Positions 19,401-28,417 of a DNA stretch of 64,000 nt are shown one piece after another. Under the pieces are notes generated by a model that did no database searches, was not told where the DNA came from, and was given only the letters and a program-made list of their open reading frames with translations. Position 1 is the first letter of the stretch, and every line of letters starts with the position of its first letter. Source of the stretch: an uncultured Bacteroidales bacterium (lineage in GTDB: Bacteria; Bacteroidota; Bacteroidia; Bacteroidales; WCHB1-69); NCBI GenBank assembly GCA_900316305.1, contig ONCM01000011.1, positions 1,863 through 65,862 on the forward strand. The letters are read 5' to 3'. The position numbers were made by a program, and so were the translations under genes.

Positions 19401-19875
19401 TCGCCATGGCGGCACTACGTCTCACACCGGCTTTCTCCACCTTCACCAAAGGCTGGGCATAAAAAGCATTGGTGCTGTAAACTTCTGGATTATAGGAGAA
19501 AGGCGGTTGGGGACCGCTCTTGGAAGCGGCGACTTGCGAGGGGTACAGCGGATGGTGCACACCCAAATCGGCGGCATCATACTCCGTGTATTGCGCATTC
19601 GTCACCGTGGCCACCACCTCGTCACAGACCGGAATCTGGAGCAATTTGGAAAGCTGGGGCAGTTGCGGGTCACCCGGGTTGTAGGATTCCCCATACTCCG
19701 GCATAGACACCAACGAAAAAACACCCTCCGGCACGGTGATTTCTTCCACAGAAAGAGCACCAGGAGTAAAAGAGATCGAAACTTTCTGATAGGTGTTCTG
19801 ACGGATGTCAATTGTCTGAGCGAATGACATTCCCATGATGGCGAAGACGCCAAGTAAGAAAAATAACTTTTTCAT
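16471..19875 (-). CDS. Peptidase C25 (gingipain family) with T9SS C-terminal sorting domain
   Basis: Motifs YLLFIGDVAQLPPF, TAHGSETSWADP and GNCCVSGHF (catalytic His/Cys context). C-terminal tail VFPNPTNEWVNIE...GFYLLQITFDNQKTQNLKIIKR. Start taken at MKKLFFLL (19875). Confidence 0.8.
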   Translation of the reverse strand: MKKLFFLLGVFAIMGMSFAQTIDIRQNTYQKVSISFTPGALSVEEITVPEGVFSLVSMPEYGESYNPGDPQLPQLSKLLQIPVCDEVVATVTNAQYTEYDAADLGVHHPLYPSQVAASKSGPQPPFSYNPEVYSTNAFYAQPLVKVEKAGVRRSAAMANLYVSPVQYNPVSQKIRIYTQIDVDITFTNVDMTATNDLQKYASPMFSLDRSLVINSMEPTRDEFATTPVKYLIIANNMFSTNELLQEFVSWKRRLGYLVELYYTSDPAVGSTTTSIKSFIQSKYDAGTEEDPAPTYLLFIGDVAQLPPFNAQTNNNHVTDLYYATLSGNDYIPDCYYGRLSATNNDQLDHQLEKILMYEQFTMPDPSYLGNAVLIAGTDANYGPTHANGQINYVNNNYINTDNPRYSNVMVHLYNCSSQAALIRSEVSAGAGWANYTAHGSETSWADPEFTVSHVYQLQNTDKYGLMIGNCCVSGHFNTSECFGEALLRAEKKGAMGYIGASNNSYWGEDFYWAVGVTNSITANPTYTGTTLGMYDKLFHTHGEDYQYWVSTIGGIITAGNMTVQSSSSSLKQYYWEIYHCFGDPSVRAYLGVPSTMAVTASAVITTNEELYTVQTVPYAYVAITQGNTLIVMGYADENGNVVLNLPSSMNPGSYELVVLAQNYIPYFQTLQVIAPYGPYVVSTSLNVAENTMFAIGSTINMDLSLSNVGVANATQVYATLTPVNNVTMLQDSVYVGVLNVNDIESRTAAFSFVMPASEDYANIPFTLGIHWNDTIVNSEVRVLVKLPKVVLDSYSTTVNDMQTSFLDPGDAVRFNMINKNVGHAEVQNGSIDLTCNYSGVKILTDPISIDGLEPNMPVERFFNVQIADTVPNSSIVPMYFHTFYDGIHTIDTLYVMVGGSYEDFESGDFTHQNWTMNNYPWEIVSGAAVHTGQYCARSKQSLPNNANSRMSITVTTQAASTLSYYRRVSTESGYDFFNLYVNTSKKESVSGDIPWTKVDVSIPAGTNTIIFSYEKDYSTTGGHDCVWVDDIILPSVGIMVIEDVTDTTGVGIEEYEMVRARVFPNPTNEWVNIESEQPAQRIVLFDLNGRMVKNVNLSGENSYQLNMGDVPAGFYLLQITFDNQKTQNLKIIKR

Positions 19876-19921
19876 AATATGATTTATTTTTACTTTATTA
19901 TTACTCACAAAAAATGCGGCG

Positions 19922-19929
19922 CAAAAATA
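19922..19929 (-). promoter_or_regulatory. -7 box TATTTTTG for the C25 peptidase operon
   Basis: Extended context AAGTGTATTTTTGC, 47 nt upstream of the ATG at 19875. Confidence 0.5.
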
Positions 19930-19986
19930 CACTTTCTTTTCAAATCCACGGCCATATTCGACCTTTGAACCAACGTATTTTTTTTA

Positions 19987-19994
19987 TACTTTTG
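19987..19994 (+). promoter_or_regulatory. -7 box TACTTTTG for the porin-like gene
   Basis: 34 nt upstream of the ATG at 20028; divergent from the C25 promoter. Confidence 0.5.
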
Positions 19995-20027
19995 CGAGCG
20001 AAAAAAATACGGTTTTTCATACAATTA

Positions 20028-21935
20028 ATGTATTACAAATCAGCGATATATAAAATCCTCACACTACTCGGCATCCTCCTGTCGGGAGTTCTCTGCCTGC
20101 AAGCTCAGGAAGAGAAGCCTACGCGCAAGGCCATCGACTCGGTCATGGCCATCTCGCCCGACTACCTGCCCACGCGTCTCGCACCTAACCCCACCCTCGA
20201 TTTCAACCCGCTGGAATACACCAACATTGACACTTCGCTTGTCCACATTTCCCAATATGACCCGTTATGGCGGATTGAGAACATGTACCAATCGCTCGGC
20301 ATCAACGGCCAAGCCCACAAGAACATGGTTTTCGACATCGACCGCTCGATGGGCTTCACGATGATCACGCTCCCCTACCCGCTCTATTTCAAGAAGATAT
20401 CCGACCTCTACCTCTACAATCTCAAGACCTCCTACACGGACATTGACTTCACCTACGGTATTTTGAGTGAGTTCTCGTTCAGGGCAACCCACGCGCAGCA
20501 CGTTCGGCAGGCCGACTTCGTCTTCAACATCGACGGACTCAGCAACAAGGGCTATTTCATCCACCAAGCCACCAACCGACTCAGTCTCAGTGGTCTAGCG
20601 CGCTACGAAACGCCCAACAAGATCTACGGATTCCTGCTGACCTACGCCTTCAACCACGGCAAATACATGGAAAACGGCGGTTTGGAGAACTGTTCAGATT
20701 TCACTGACCGCAACGCCCGCGACCACAGTATATCCAACGATTTGAGCAGCTTTGCCGTGATGTTCAGCAATGCCGAATCGCTGATTAACCAACACACGGG
20801 CGAGATGATCAACTACGTGAATATCAAGAACAAAAAAGGGCAATATTTCGGAACTTTCAGTCACACATTGGATGTCACCAATCTGAGAAGCAGATTCCTG
20901 GACAACGACCTGAACAACCTCTTCTACCGTAACCGTTATTATGTGAGCACCGACTCCACCAACGACTCCATCGAGTACGTCAGCGTGGCCAATGCCCTGC
21001 AGTTCTCCAACTACAGTCCGGTCGATACCATCGGCGACCAGTCCTATTTCATCCGGTTTGCCGGCGGGTTGCGACATGAGTACGTGACCGCGATCAACCC
21101 ATTTTACAAGGGCAACAGCCTCACCCTCTTCGCCCGCACCACCATCCGTCTATTCAAGGTTTGGGAGCTCTACGGCAACATCTCCTACACGCTCTTCGGT
21201 TACAACAAAAACGACGCCATGGCGAAGGTCGGGGCGCGGTTCACCATCAACAAGAAGCACCGCCACTACCTCGGGCTCGAAGCCTCCTTCATGCGCTGCT
21301 CGCCCGACTACATCTACACCAAGTACCACGGCAACAACAACTCTTGGCTGAACGACTGGAACAAGCAAAACATCTTCAAGGCTGGAGCCTACTGGACGAT
21401 GTTCGGCTACACCCTCAGCGCACACATCTTCAACCTCGGCAAATACATCTTCCTCAACGACAACTTCGAGCCGCAGCAGTTGACAAAGCCCGCTCAAGTC
21501 ATCCAGTTAGAACTCAAGGCACCTGTGCGCACGAAGCACTTCGCCCTGGACGCCAACATGGCCCTGCAGCACTCCACCAACAAAGCCGTCACCGTGCCGC
21601 TGTTCGCTGGCAAGTTGGGCGCGGCCTTCCAGACACGCATCTTCAAGAAAAAGCTGCATTTCCAGGTGGGTGTCGATCTCTTCTACAACACTAGATACTT
21701 TGCCGACGGCTACAACCCCATCCTGCATCAGTTCTACTCACAGCAATACGTCACCACGGGCAACTACCTCTATGTCAACGCCCACATCGCCTTCCGCGTG
21801 AAGCGCATCTCCTTCTTCATACGCGGCGGCAACCTCATCGCCGGCCTCTTCAGCTACCACTACATCACCACCCCCGGCTACCCCATGCAGGACCGGAATT
21901 TCGAGGCGGGAGTGAACTGGAAATTCTATGACTAA
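20028..21935 (+). CDS. Outer-membrane beta-barrel protein (putative porin family)
   Basis: Signal peptide ending CLQAQ, aromatic-terminal beta-barrel (…NWKFYD). ATG at 20028, 34 nt after a TACTTTTG box. Confidence 0.5.
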   Translation: MYYKSAIYKILTLLGILLSGVLCLQAQEEKPTRKAIDSVMAISPDYLPTRLAPNPTLDFNPLEYTNIDTSLVHISQYDPLWRIENMYQSLGINGQAHKNMVFDIDRSMGFTMITLPYPLYFKKISDLYLYNLKTSYTDIDFTYGILSEFSFRATHAQHVRQADFVFNIDGLSNKGYFIHQATNRLSLSGLARYETPNKIYGFLLTYAFNHGKYMENGGLENCSDFTDRNARDHSISNDLSSFAVMFSNAESLINQHTGEMINYVNIKNKKGQYFGTFSHTLDVTNLRSRFLDNDLNNLFYRNRYYVSTDSTNDSIEYVSVANALQFSNYSPVDTIGDQSYFIRFAGGLRHEYVTAINPFYKGNSLTLFARTTIRLFKVWELYGNISYTLFGYNKNDAMAKVGARFTINKKHRHYLGLEASFMRCSPDYIYTKYHGNNNSWLNDWNKQNIFKAGAYWTMFGYTLSAHIFNLGKYIFLNDNFEPQQLTKPAQVIQLELKAPVRTKHFALDANMALQHSTNKAVTVPLFAGKLGAAFQTRIFKKKLHFQVGVDLFYNTRYFADGYNPILHQFYSQQYVTTGNYLYVNAHIAFRVKRISFFIRGGNLIAGLFSYHYITTPGYPMQDRNFEAGVNWKFYD

Positions 21936-21975
21936 TAATGGTTATTGGTTATTGAAGGGTTATTGGTTATTGAAG
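21936..21975. repeat. GGTTATT array arm directly after the porin-like gene stop
   Basis: taatggttattggttattgaagggttattggttattgaag, complementary to 22160-22192. Confidence 0.85.
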
Positions 21976-22089
21976 CGGGAGGAGAGGATGAAAGGAGGAG
22001 AGGATGAGAGGAGAGAATGAGAGGGGCAAGCGTCGGGAGCGAACGAAGAGACGATAATGCGATGAATTTCAAGCCCCTATTTACTAATC

Positions 22090-22192
22090 ACTATAAACCA
22101 TAAACCATAAACTATAAACCATAAACTATAAACCATAAACTGTAAACTGTAAACTGTAAACCTCAATAACCAATAACCAATAACCCATAACC
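22090..22192. repeat. Composite array TAAACYR x about 10 - CAATAAC x3, ending 9 nt before the fumC ATG
   Basis: ctataaaccataaaccataaactataaacc...ctgtaaacctcaataaccaataaccaataacccataacc. Confidence 0.9.
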
Positions 22193-22201
22193 TTTATAAA
22201 A

Positions 22202-23572
22202 ATGGAATATAGAATCGAAAAAGACACATTAGGCGAAATACGCGTCGAGGCCGACAAGCTGTGGGGCGCGCAGACGCAACGGGCGATGGAGAACTTCCAA
22301 ATCGGGAAGAAGCACATCCCCATCGAGATCATCTACGGCATCGCGACGGCCAAGAAGGCGGCGGCCTGCGCCAACTACGACTGCGGCGTGCTGCCCGAGG
22401 ACAAGCGCGACCTGATCGTGCGCGTGGTCGATGAGATCACCAGCGGACAATGGGACGACCAGTTCCCGTTGCACATCTGGCAGACCGGCTCCGGCACACA
22501 GACCAACATGAACGTCAACGAGGTGATCGCCCACCGCGCGCAGCAGCTGCAAGGCGGCCAACTCACCGACTACCCGCTCTTCCTCTCGCCCAACGATGAT
22601 GTCAACAAATCGCAATCCACCAACGACATCTTCCCCACGGGCATGAGGATCGCCACCGCGAAGAGCATCATCACGCGCACGCTGCCCACGCTGGAGCGTA
22701 TGATGGAGACCTACCGCGAGAAGGTCGCTGAATACGCAGACATCAAGAAGATCGGGCGCACGCATTTGATGGACGCCACCCCGCTGACACTCGGCGACGA
22801 ACTCTCCGGCCACCTTTCCCAATTAGAGCACGGCTACGAGGTTATCCAACAGAGTCTCAAACACTTGATGGAACTTCCCATCGGCGGAACGGCCGTCGGC
22901 AACGGCATCAACGCCCCGAAAGGCTACGACAAAATCGCCCTGCAATACATCAACCAATTCACGGGTTTGGAATTCACCAACTGTCCCAACAAATTCGAGG
23001 CGATGGCCACCCACGACTCGCTCTGCGAGATGTCGGGCGCGTTCAAGCGTTTGGCGGTTTCGCTGATGAAGATCGCCAATGACTTCCGCTTGCTTAACTC
23101 CGGTCCGCGCTGCGGCCTGGGCGAGGTGATATTGCCCGCCAACGAGCCCGGCTCCTCCATCATGCCCGGCAAGGTGAACCCCACGCAGTGTGAGGCACTC
23201 TCACAGGTTTGCTGCCAAGTCATCGGCAACGACGTAGCCATCACCACCGGCGCCATGCAGGGCCACCTGCAGCTCAACGTCTTCATGCCGCTCATCGGCC
23301 GCAACCTGCTGCAATCATCGCGCTTATTGGCAGATGTTATCAACTCCTTCAACGATCACTGTCTCAAGGGAATAAAGCCCAACTTGGAGCGCATCTCCAT
23401 GCATCTCCACAACTCGCTGATGCTGGTCACGAAGCTGAACCCGCACATCGGTTACTACAACGCCGCGAAGATCGCGCAACATGCGCACGAAAACGGGCTG
23501 ACGTTGCGAGAATCTGCATTGGAATTGGGATTGGTGTCTGCGGAAGATTTCGACGAGTGGATGCAATTGTAG
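22202..23572 (+). CDS. fumC: Class II fumarate hydratase
   Basis: Signature GSSIMPGKVNPTQCEA; 456 aa. Confidence 0.9.
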   Translation: MEYRIEKDTLGEIRVEADKLWGAQTQRAMENFQIGKKHIPIEIIYGIATAKKAAACANYDCGVLPEDKRDLIVRVVDEITSGQWDDQFPLHIWQTGSGTQTNMNVNEVIAHRAQQLQGGQLTDYPLFLSPNDDVNKSQSTNDIFPTGMRIATAKSIITRTLPTLERMMETYREKVAEYADIKKIGRTHLMDATPLTLGDELSGHLSQLEHGYEVIQQSLKHLMELPIGGTAVGNGINAPKGYDKIALQYINQFTGLEFTNCPNKFEAMATHDSLCEMSGAFKRLAVSLMKIANDFRLLNSGPRCGLGEVILPANEPGSSIMPGKVNPTQCEALSQVCCQVIGNDVAITTGAMQGHLQLNVFMPLIGRNLLQSSRLLADVINSFNDHCLKGIKPNLERISMHLHNSLMLVTKLNPHIGYYNAAKIAQHAHENGLTLRESALELGLVSAEDFDEWMQL

Positions 23573-23593
23573 AGACGCAAAATTTTGCGTCTC
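23572..23593 (+). terminator. Palindromic hairpin immediately after the fumC stop
   Basis: GAGACGCAAAATTTTGCGTCTC. Confidence 0.5.
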
Positions 23594-23620
23594 AACGCGT
23601 GCGGGGCACGTCATTTATGG

Positions 23621-23665
23621 CCCTTGCGGGGTAATCCTTTTCCGTTATTGTGTGCCCTTGCGTGT
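23621..23665 (+). repeat. Left copy of the 45-bp imperfect direct repeat bounding the Abi islet
   Basis: cccttgcggggtaatccttttccgttattgtgtgcccttgcgtgt. Confidence 0.8.
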
Positions 23666-23791
23666 ATGGGACGGTCTCGCCCGTTTTTGCTTTTGTTCAG
23701 TCATTATTTCTCACAATACAGCCTATGGATGTGGGTTCAGAATTGAGCAGCCTCTGATTATCTTCAGCCTGCAGTTGTGCCATTGCGTCAT

Positions 23792-24220
23792 TCAAGTGCC
23801 CGATTTGAGACAATATGCCGTTCTGCTCTTTTGCAACCATTTCGTTGATGTCGTTTTAATAACGCAGCGTTTCGTACATTTCGGATTTGAGTCGTTCAAC
23901 TTCAGAGCGTATTTTTCTATCTGCAATTGAGTATCGCTCAGCGTGAGCAAAGCTTGTTGCTTTTGAAAGAATGCACGCATAATATTGATATTCACTTGAA
24001 TGGCAATGAGAGTTCTTAACAACCCCGATAGCATAGCGATGCCTTCTCGCGTAAAAGCGTATGGGAGATACTTGCTGTGTTGCCCGCGACCCTTCTTTAA
24101 GGTGAAAAAATTGCACCTTAAAGAATCGTATTCGTCTTGGGTTAGCACCAACATGGAATCTTTAGGGAAACGTTTTTTTTTGTAATGTAAAATATTGGAT
24201 GTAAAAAAATTATCGAACAA
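23792..24220 (-). pseudogene. ORF6N/KilA-N-like domain gene, N-terminally truncated and apparently frameshifted at the 3' end
   Basis: RFPKDSMLVLTQDEYDSLR...KYLPYAFTREGIAMLSGLL...AIQVNINIMRAF matches the ORF6N core, but the usual N-terminal part is missing and the C-terminal coiled-coil continues in another frame. Confidence 0.45.
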
Positions 24221-24242
24221 TGTTTGGATATTAAAAAAATTG

Positions 24243-24250
24243 TATTTTTG
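24243..24250 (+). promoter_or_regulatory. -7 box TATTTTTG for the Abi_2 gene
   Basis: 98 nt upstream of the ATG at 24348; the leader contains a hairpin followed by a T-run. Confidence 0.45.
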
Positions 24251-24347
24251 CGGCTGACAGTTTCCACCACGCTACAAGACGTAAGTCCAGCGAACCAGGG
24301 TGGAACTTTTGTTTATAACCATCTGAAAAACAAATTATTAAACAATT

Positions 24348-25262
24348 ATGACATACGATAAACAACCATTAAGCGTTGAGTCTCAAATTTCGCAATTAAA
24401 AGAACGTGGACTGATTATTGAAAATGAAATAATTGCGGCAAAAGTTTTGTCTGTTATCAGTTACTTCCGCTTTGCCAATTATCTGCGACCATACGAGGCG
24501 GACAAAACGAACCATATATTTAAACCAGGAAAAATGTTTGGCGATGTCGTGAAACTATACTATTTTGATAAAAGTTTGAGAGGAATCATCTTCTCAACCA
24601 TTCAGTCTGTGGAAATTGCATTGAGAACAAGCATTATACAAAACTTCTCAATGAAATATGGTCCGTTTTGGTTTATGGATGCCAGCCTTTTCAAGAATGC
24701 TCAAATCTACAATGAATGTATCAACAGCATTCAAGCCGAATTATCGAGAACTAAAGAAGATTTCATCCAAGAGCATTTTGCCAAATATGACAGTCCTAAT
24801 ATGCCTCCAGCATGGAAGACCCTCGAAGTGATATCATTCGGCACGTTAGGCAAACTCTTCAGCAATTTCAAGGACAACACTGTCAAAAAAGCGGTGGCGA
24901 GAGGTTTTAATGTGCCGCAACATGTTTATCTTGAGAGTTGGATAGCAAGTTTGGCTGCATTGCGCAACTGTTGTGCCCATCATGCCCGCGTTTGGAACAG
25001 AGTATATCCCATAAAGCCACAGTTGCCGAAATCAAAACTGATGCGTTCTTCTTGGATAGAAAATGCCAATATCTTTCCCAATCGTCTATATGCAATACTA
25101 TGTTGTCTTCTGTACTGGGCAAATAACATCGCCTCAGATAATTCATTTAAAACAGATATAGTTGGCCTTTTGCGAAATAATCCTGTCGTTGATGTTGCCG
25201 CTATGGGATTCCCGCACAGTTGGGAGGAAGAACCGCTGTGGCGCTCCTCAGCGGTTTCGTGA
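24348..25262 (+). CDS. Abi_2 (AbiD/AbiF-like) abortive-infection family protein
   Basis: 304 aa. Motifs ISYFRFANYLRPYE, FGTLGKLF and LRNCCAHHARVWNR are characteristic of Abi-like (PF07751-type) proteins. Confidence 0.75.
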   Translation: MTYDKQPLSVESQISQLKERGLIIENEIIAAKVLSVISYFRFANYLRPYEADKTNHIFKPGKMFGDVVKLYYFDKSLRGIIFSTIQSVEIALRTSIIQNFSMKYGPFWFMDASLFKNAQIYNECINSIQAELSRTKEDFIQEHFAKYDSPNMPPAWKTLEVISFGTLGKLFSNFKDNTVKKAVARGFNVPQHVYLESWIASLAALRNCCAHHARVWNRVYPIKPQLPKSKLMRSSWIENANIFPNRLYAILCCLLYWANNIASDNSFKTDIVGLLRNNPVVDVAAMGFPHSWEEEPLWRSSAVS

Positions 25263-25281
25263 TGTTTATGTTGTCAGCCAG

Positions 25282-25326
25282 CCCTTGCGGGTTTATCCTT
25301 TTCCGTTATGGTGTGCTCTTGCGTGT
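25282..25326 (+). repeat. Right copy of the 45-bp imperfect direct repeat bounding the Abi islet
   Basis: cccttgcgggtttatccttttccgttatggtgtgctcttgcgtgt. Six mismatches to the left copy by eye. Followed by cccgcaagggc, which is complementary to its start. Confidence 0.8.
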
Positions 25327-25376
25327 TACGAAAGAGCAGGGTGCCCGCAAGGGCGCAAGATGTCGAAAAAAAACAA

Positions 25377-25408
25377 TGTAGGGGGCGAATAATCATTCGC
25401 CCCCTACA
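25377..25408 (-). terminator. Hairpin plus T-run (minus strand) after tgt
   Basis: TGTAGGGGGCGAATAATCATTCGCCCCCTACA, with an A-run on the + strand side (a T-run for the minus transcript). Confidence 0.55.
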
Positions 25409-25431
25409 ATTATCTTATCCTCCCATCATCG

Positions 25432-26565
25432 TCACAACCTCCGCGAAATCTTCGGCAACACCTCGTCTTTCCAGGTCGCAAACGTGCCGTCAAGGATCTT
25501 TTGGCGGGCGGTGGTGACGAGGTCGAGGTAGAAGTGCAGGTTGTGGATGCTGCCAATCATCGGGCCGAGGATTTCGTCCGAGACGTAGAGGTGGCGCAAG
25601 TAGGCGCGGGTGTATTCGCGGTCGGCGAAGAGGTCGCTCTCCGCATCTAACGGCGTAAAGTCGTTCTTCCACTTTTCGTTACGCATGTTCATCATGCCTT
25701 CCCACGTGAAAATCATGCCGTTACGACCGTTACGCGTCGGCATCACGCAGTCGAACATATCAATGCCCAAAGCGATGCACTCGATGATGTTGGCGGGAGT
25801 ACCCACCCCCATCAGGTAGCGCGGCTTGTCCTTCGGCAGAATTTGACAGCAGACATCCGTCATCTCGTACATCAACTCCGTCGGCTCACCCACGGAGACA
25901 CCGCCGATGGCGTTGCCGTCACAGTTCGTGGAAGCCACATACTCCGCCGACTGCACGCGCAGATCCTTGAACGTGCTGCCCTGCACAATCGGGAAGAGCG
26001 TTTGCTCGTATCCGTAGTAGGGTTCGGTCTCGTCCAGACGGGCAATGCATCGTTTCAACCACTTGTAGGTGGTCTCCATGGAGTTCTTAGCATACTTGTA
26101 ATCAGCGGGATACGGCGTACACTCGTCAAAAGCCATGATGATGTCGGCACCGATGTTGCGTTCGAGGTCCATCACCTTTTCCGGACTGAACAGATGGCGG
26201 GAACCGTCGATGTGCGACTGGAACCAGACACCCTCTTCGGCATCAATCTTACGACGGTGGCTCAGCGAGAAAACTTGGAATCCGCCACTGTCAGTGAGGA
26301 TCGGACGATCCCAGCCGTTGAACTTGTGGAGTCCGCCGGCTTCACGCAAGACCTCCATGCCGGGGCGCATATACAAATGGTAAGTGTTGCCCAAGATAAT
26401 CTGGGCTTTCACATCCTGTTTCAAATCCCTGATATGTAACGACTTGACCGCACCCAACGTACCTACGGGCATGAAAATCGGGGTTTCAATCAATCCGTGA
26501 GCGGTCTCAATCAATCCGGCACGAGCGCGACTTTTGCCGTCTTCCTTCTGGAGAGTAAACTTCAT
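25432..26565 (-). CDS. tgt: tRNA-guanine(34) transglycosylase
   Basis: MKFTLQKEDGKSRAG..., TDSGGFQV, LMGVGTP. Start taken at ATG 26565. Confidence 0.9.
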   Translation of the reverse strand: MKFTLQKEDGKSRARAGLIETAHGLIETPIFMPVGTLGAVKSLHIRDLKQDVKAQIILGNTYHLYMRPGMEVLREAGGLHKFNGWDRPILTDSGGFQVFSLSHRRKIDAEEGVWFQSHIDGSRHLFSPEKVMDLERNIGADIIMAFDECTPYPADYKYAKNSMETTYKWLKRCIARLDETEPYYGYEQTLFPIVQGSTFKDLRVQSAEYVASTNCDGNAIGGVSVGEPTELMYEMTDVCCQILPKDKPRYLMGVGTPANIIECIALGIDMFDCVMPTRNGRNGMIFTWEGMMNMRNEKWKNDFTPLDAESDLFADREYTRAYLRHLYVSDEILGPMIGSIHNLHFYLDLVTTARQKILDGTFATWKDEVLPKISRRL

Positions 26566-26599
26566 ATTATTGTTCGTAAGTTTGTTTATATTTTTTTGG

Positions 26600-26607
26600 C
26601 AAAAATA
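26600..26607 (-). promoter_or_regulatory. -7 box TATTTTTG for tgt
   Basis: 35 nt upstream of the ATG at 26565. Confidence 0.5.
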
Positions 26608-26629
26608 CATATTTTATCGAAATAAAACA

Positions 26630-26637
26630 TACTTTTG
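26630..26637 (+). promoter_or_regulatory. -7 box TACTTTTG for the GT2-sigma operon
   Basis: 34 nt upstream of the ATG at 26671. Confidence 0.5.
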
Positions 26638-26670
26638 CAGCCAAACTGTTAACCTAAACCGATTCATAAA

Positions 26671-27807
26671 ATGCAAATATCAGAAGTAGCTCTGGCTATT
26701 TTAATCATATTTGGCGTTATAACTCTCATTCAGTTAGTCTATTACTACGTCATCTATGGCCGTTTCGCCTTCTATCGGAAAAAAGGCGCATTGGGATTCC
26801 GGGACATTCCGATTTCGGTTGTCATCGTGGTCCGCGACGATGCCGCGCAGGTTTTGCAGACCCTCCCCTCCCTTCTGGAACAACAGTATTCTTTCTACGA
26901 AATCGTAATCGTCAACGACCGGTCGCGGGACGAGAATTCCCTGCACGCTATCCGGGAGTACAAGGATCGTTACCCGAACATCAAGATTGTGGACCTGAGC
27001 ACGGCCGTCTCAACAAGCCGCGGCAAGAAGATGGCCATCTCCATGGGCATCAAGTGCGCCACCTACGACCACATCCTGCTTACCAGTCCGAACTGCATCC
27101 CGGCCTCCAAACTTTGGATTTCCAATATGGCGCAAAACTTCCAGTTCCAACGCAAGGTCGTGTTGGGTTATAACACATACGCCAAGAAAAAAGGGCCGTA
27201 CAGCCATTTTCTGCTCTACGACAACCTTATCGGTGCAGTGCAGTACTTCTCGCACGCACTACTGCGCACCACCTACCGCGGCGACCTTAACAACGTCGCC
27301 TTCGTGCGCCCGCTCTTCTACCAACAGAAAGGATTCATTGCTTACAACCATCTGCTCTATGGCGAAGAAGACATCTTCATCCACCGCGCCTCCAACAAGA
27401 ACAACACCGCCATTGAGTTCGACCCTGATTCAGCCACCGTGCGCCAGCACACGCCCAGCTACGGTTTCTGGCGGCTCCACAAAGTGAGTCTTTTCTTCAC
27501 CAGAAAGTACAACTCTTTCAAGAACAGATTTTTACTCAGTCTCTACGAGCTCACCAACCTGCTATTTTACGTCTTTTTGGCCATCACCATCGTGGTTGCC
27601 CTGCATCAGCCGCTGGCCCTCTACATCGCCGCCGGCATCGCCGTGCTGCGCATCGCCAGCATGTACGTCGTGATGGGCATCGCCGCGAAGAAACTGCAAG
27701 AAAAACAGCTCATTCCGTACTTCCTGTTTTACGACCTGCTCTTCTCCATTCTGAATCCGCTATATTGGCTATCATCTAAAATTCACCATAAAAAGATCGC
27801 ACAATGA
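26671..27807 (+). CDS. Family 2 glycosyltransferase, membrane-bound
   Basis: ISVVIVVRDD...YEIVIVNDRSRDEN (GT2 DxD region) with N- and C-terminal TM helices. Confidence 0.7.
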   Translation: MQISEVALAILIIFGVITLIQLVYYYVIYGRFAFYRKKGALGFRDIPISVVIVVRDDAAQVLQTLPSLLEQQYSFYEIVIVNDRSRDENSLHAIREYKDRYPNIKIVDLSTAVSTSRGKKMAISMGIKCATYDHILLTSPNCIPASKLWISNMAQNFQFQRKVVLGYNTYAKKKGPYSHFLLYDNLIGAVQYFSHALLRTTYRGDLNNVAFVRPLFYQQKGFIAYNHLLYGEEDIFIHRASNKNNTAIEFDPDSATVRQHTPSYGFWRLHKVSLFFTRKYNSFKNRFLLSLYELTNLLFYVFLAITIVVALHQPLALYIAAGIAVLRIASMYVVMGIAAKKLQEKQLIPYFLFYDLLFSILNPLYWLSSKIHHKKIAQ

Positions 27808-28412
27808 TAAGCACCTGCCAAACTGAAAAAGCGCGCCGCGATTACGTATTGCTTCGTAAAGCGCTGGACCACAACGACCAGCAGGCCTACGCCGAGCTGA
27901 TGTCCCTCTATCGCGACAGCATCTACTACATGTTGATCCGGATGGTGAAAAACAAAGACGACGCCGAGGACCTCACCCTCATGACCTTCGGCAAGGCGTT
28001 CCGCTATCTCGACAAATACACCCCAAAATACGCCTTCTCCACGTGGCTCTACCGCATCGCACTCAACAACAGCATTGACTTCCTGCGCGTGAAAAACAAT
28101 ATGCCGCAATATTTCGAGGAAGATCTCTACACCACGAGCACAACCTCCATCATCGACCAGAGCGAGGACAACCTGCAACGCACCCCCGAAGACGAAATCA
28201 TCGACAAACAACGGCTGCAGATGCTGCGCGCCGCCGTCTCGGAGCTGCCCGAAAAGTACCGGAAAGTCATTGAGTTACGTTACTATGAGGACCTCGCTTA
28301 CGAGGACATCGCCGAGCGTCTGGGGCTCACCCTCTCCAACGTGAAAATCCAGATCATGCGCGCCAAGCAGATGCTCACCCAGCTGATGCAGCCTATGCGC
28401 AACGCGATGTAA
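27804..28412 (+). CDS. ECF-type RNA polymerase sigma-70 family factor
   Basis: Region 2 (FSTWLYRIALNNSIDFLR) and region 4 (YEDIAERLGLTLSNVKIQIMRAK). ATGA overlap with the upstream GT2 gene. Confidence 0.85.
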   Translation: MISTCQTEKARRDYVLLRKALDHNDQQAYAELMSLYRDSIYYMLIRMVKNKDDAEDLTLMTFGKAFRYLDKYTPKYAFSTWLYRIALNNSIDFLRVKNNMPQYFEEDLYTTSTTSIIDQSEDNLQRTPEDEIIDKQRLQMLRAAVSELPEKYRKVIELRYYEDLAYEDIAERLGLTLSNVKIQIMRAKQMLTQLMQPMRNAM

Positions 28413-28417
28413 TCCCT

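Noticed and set aside
21936-22192. Inverted GGTTATTGGTTATTGAAG / CTTCAATAACCAATAACC-like arms about 200 bp apart, resembling a Bacteroidales invertible promoter (inverton)
   Set aside because: No TAnnTTTG box was found between the arms and there is no nearby recombinase. The arms are just members of the genome-wide heptamer arrays. An RNA hairpin or terminator role seems more likely than DNA inversion.
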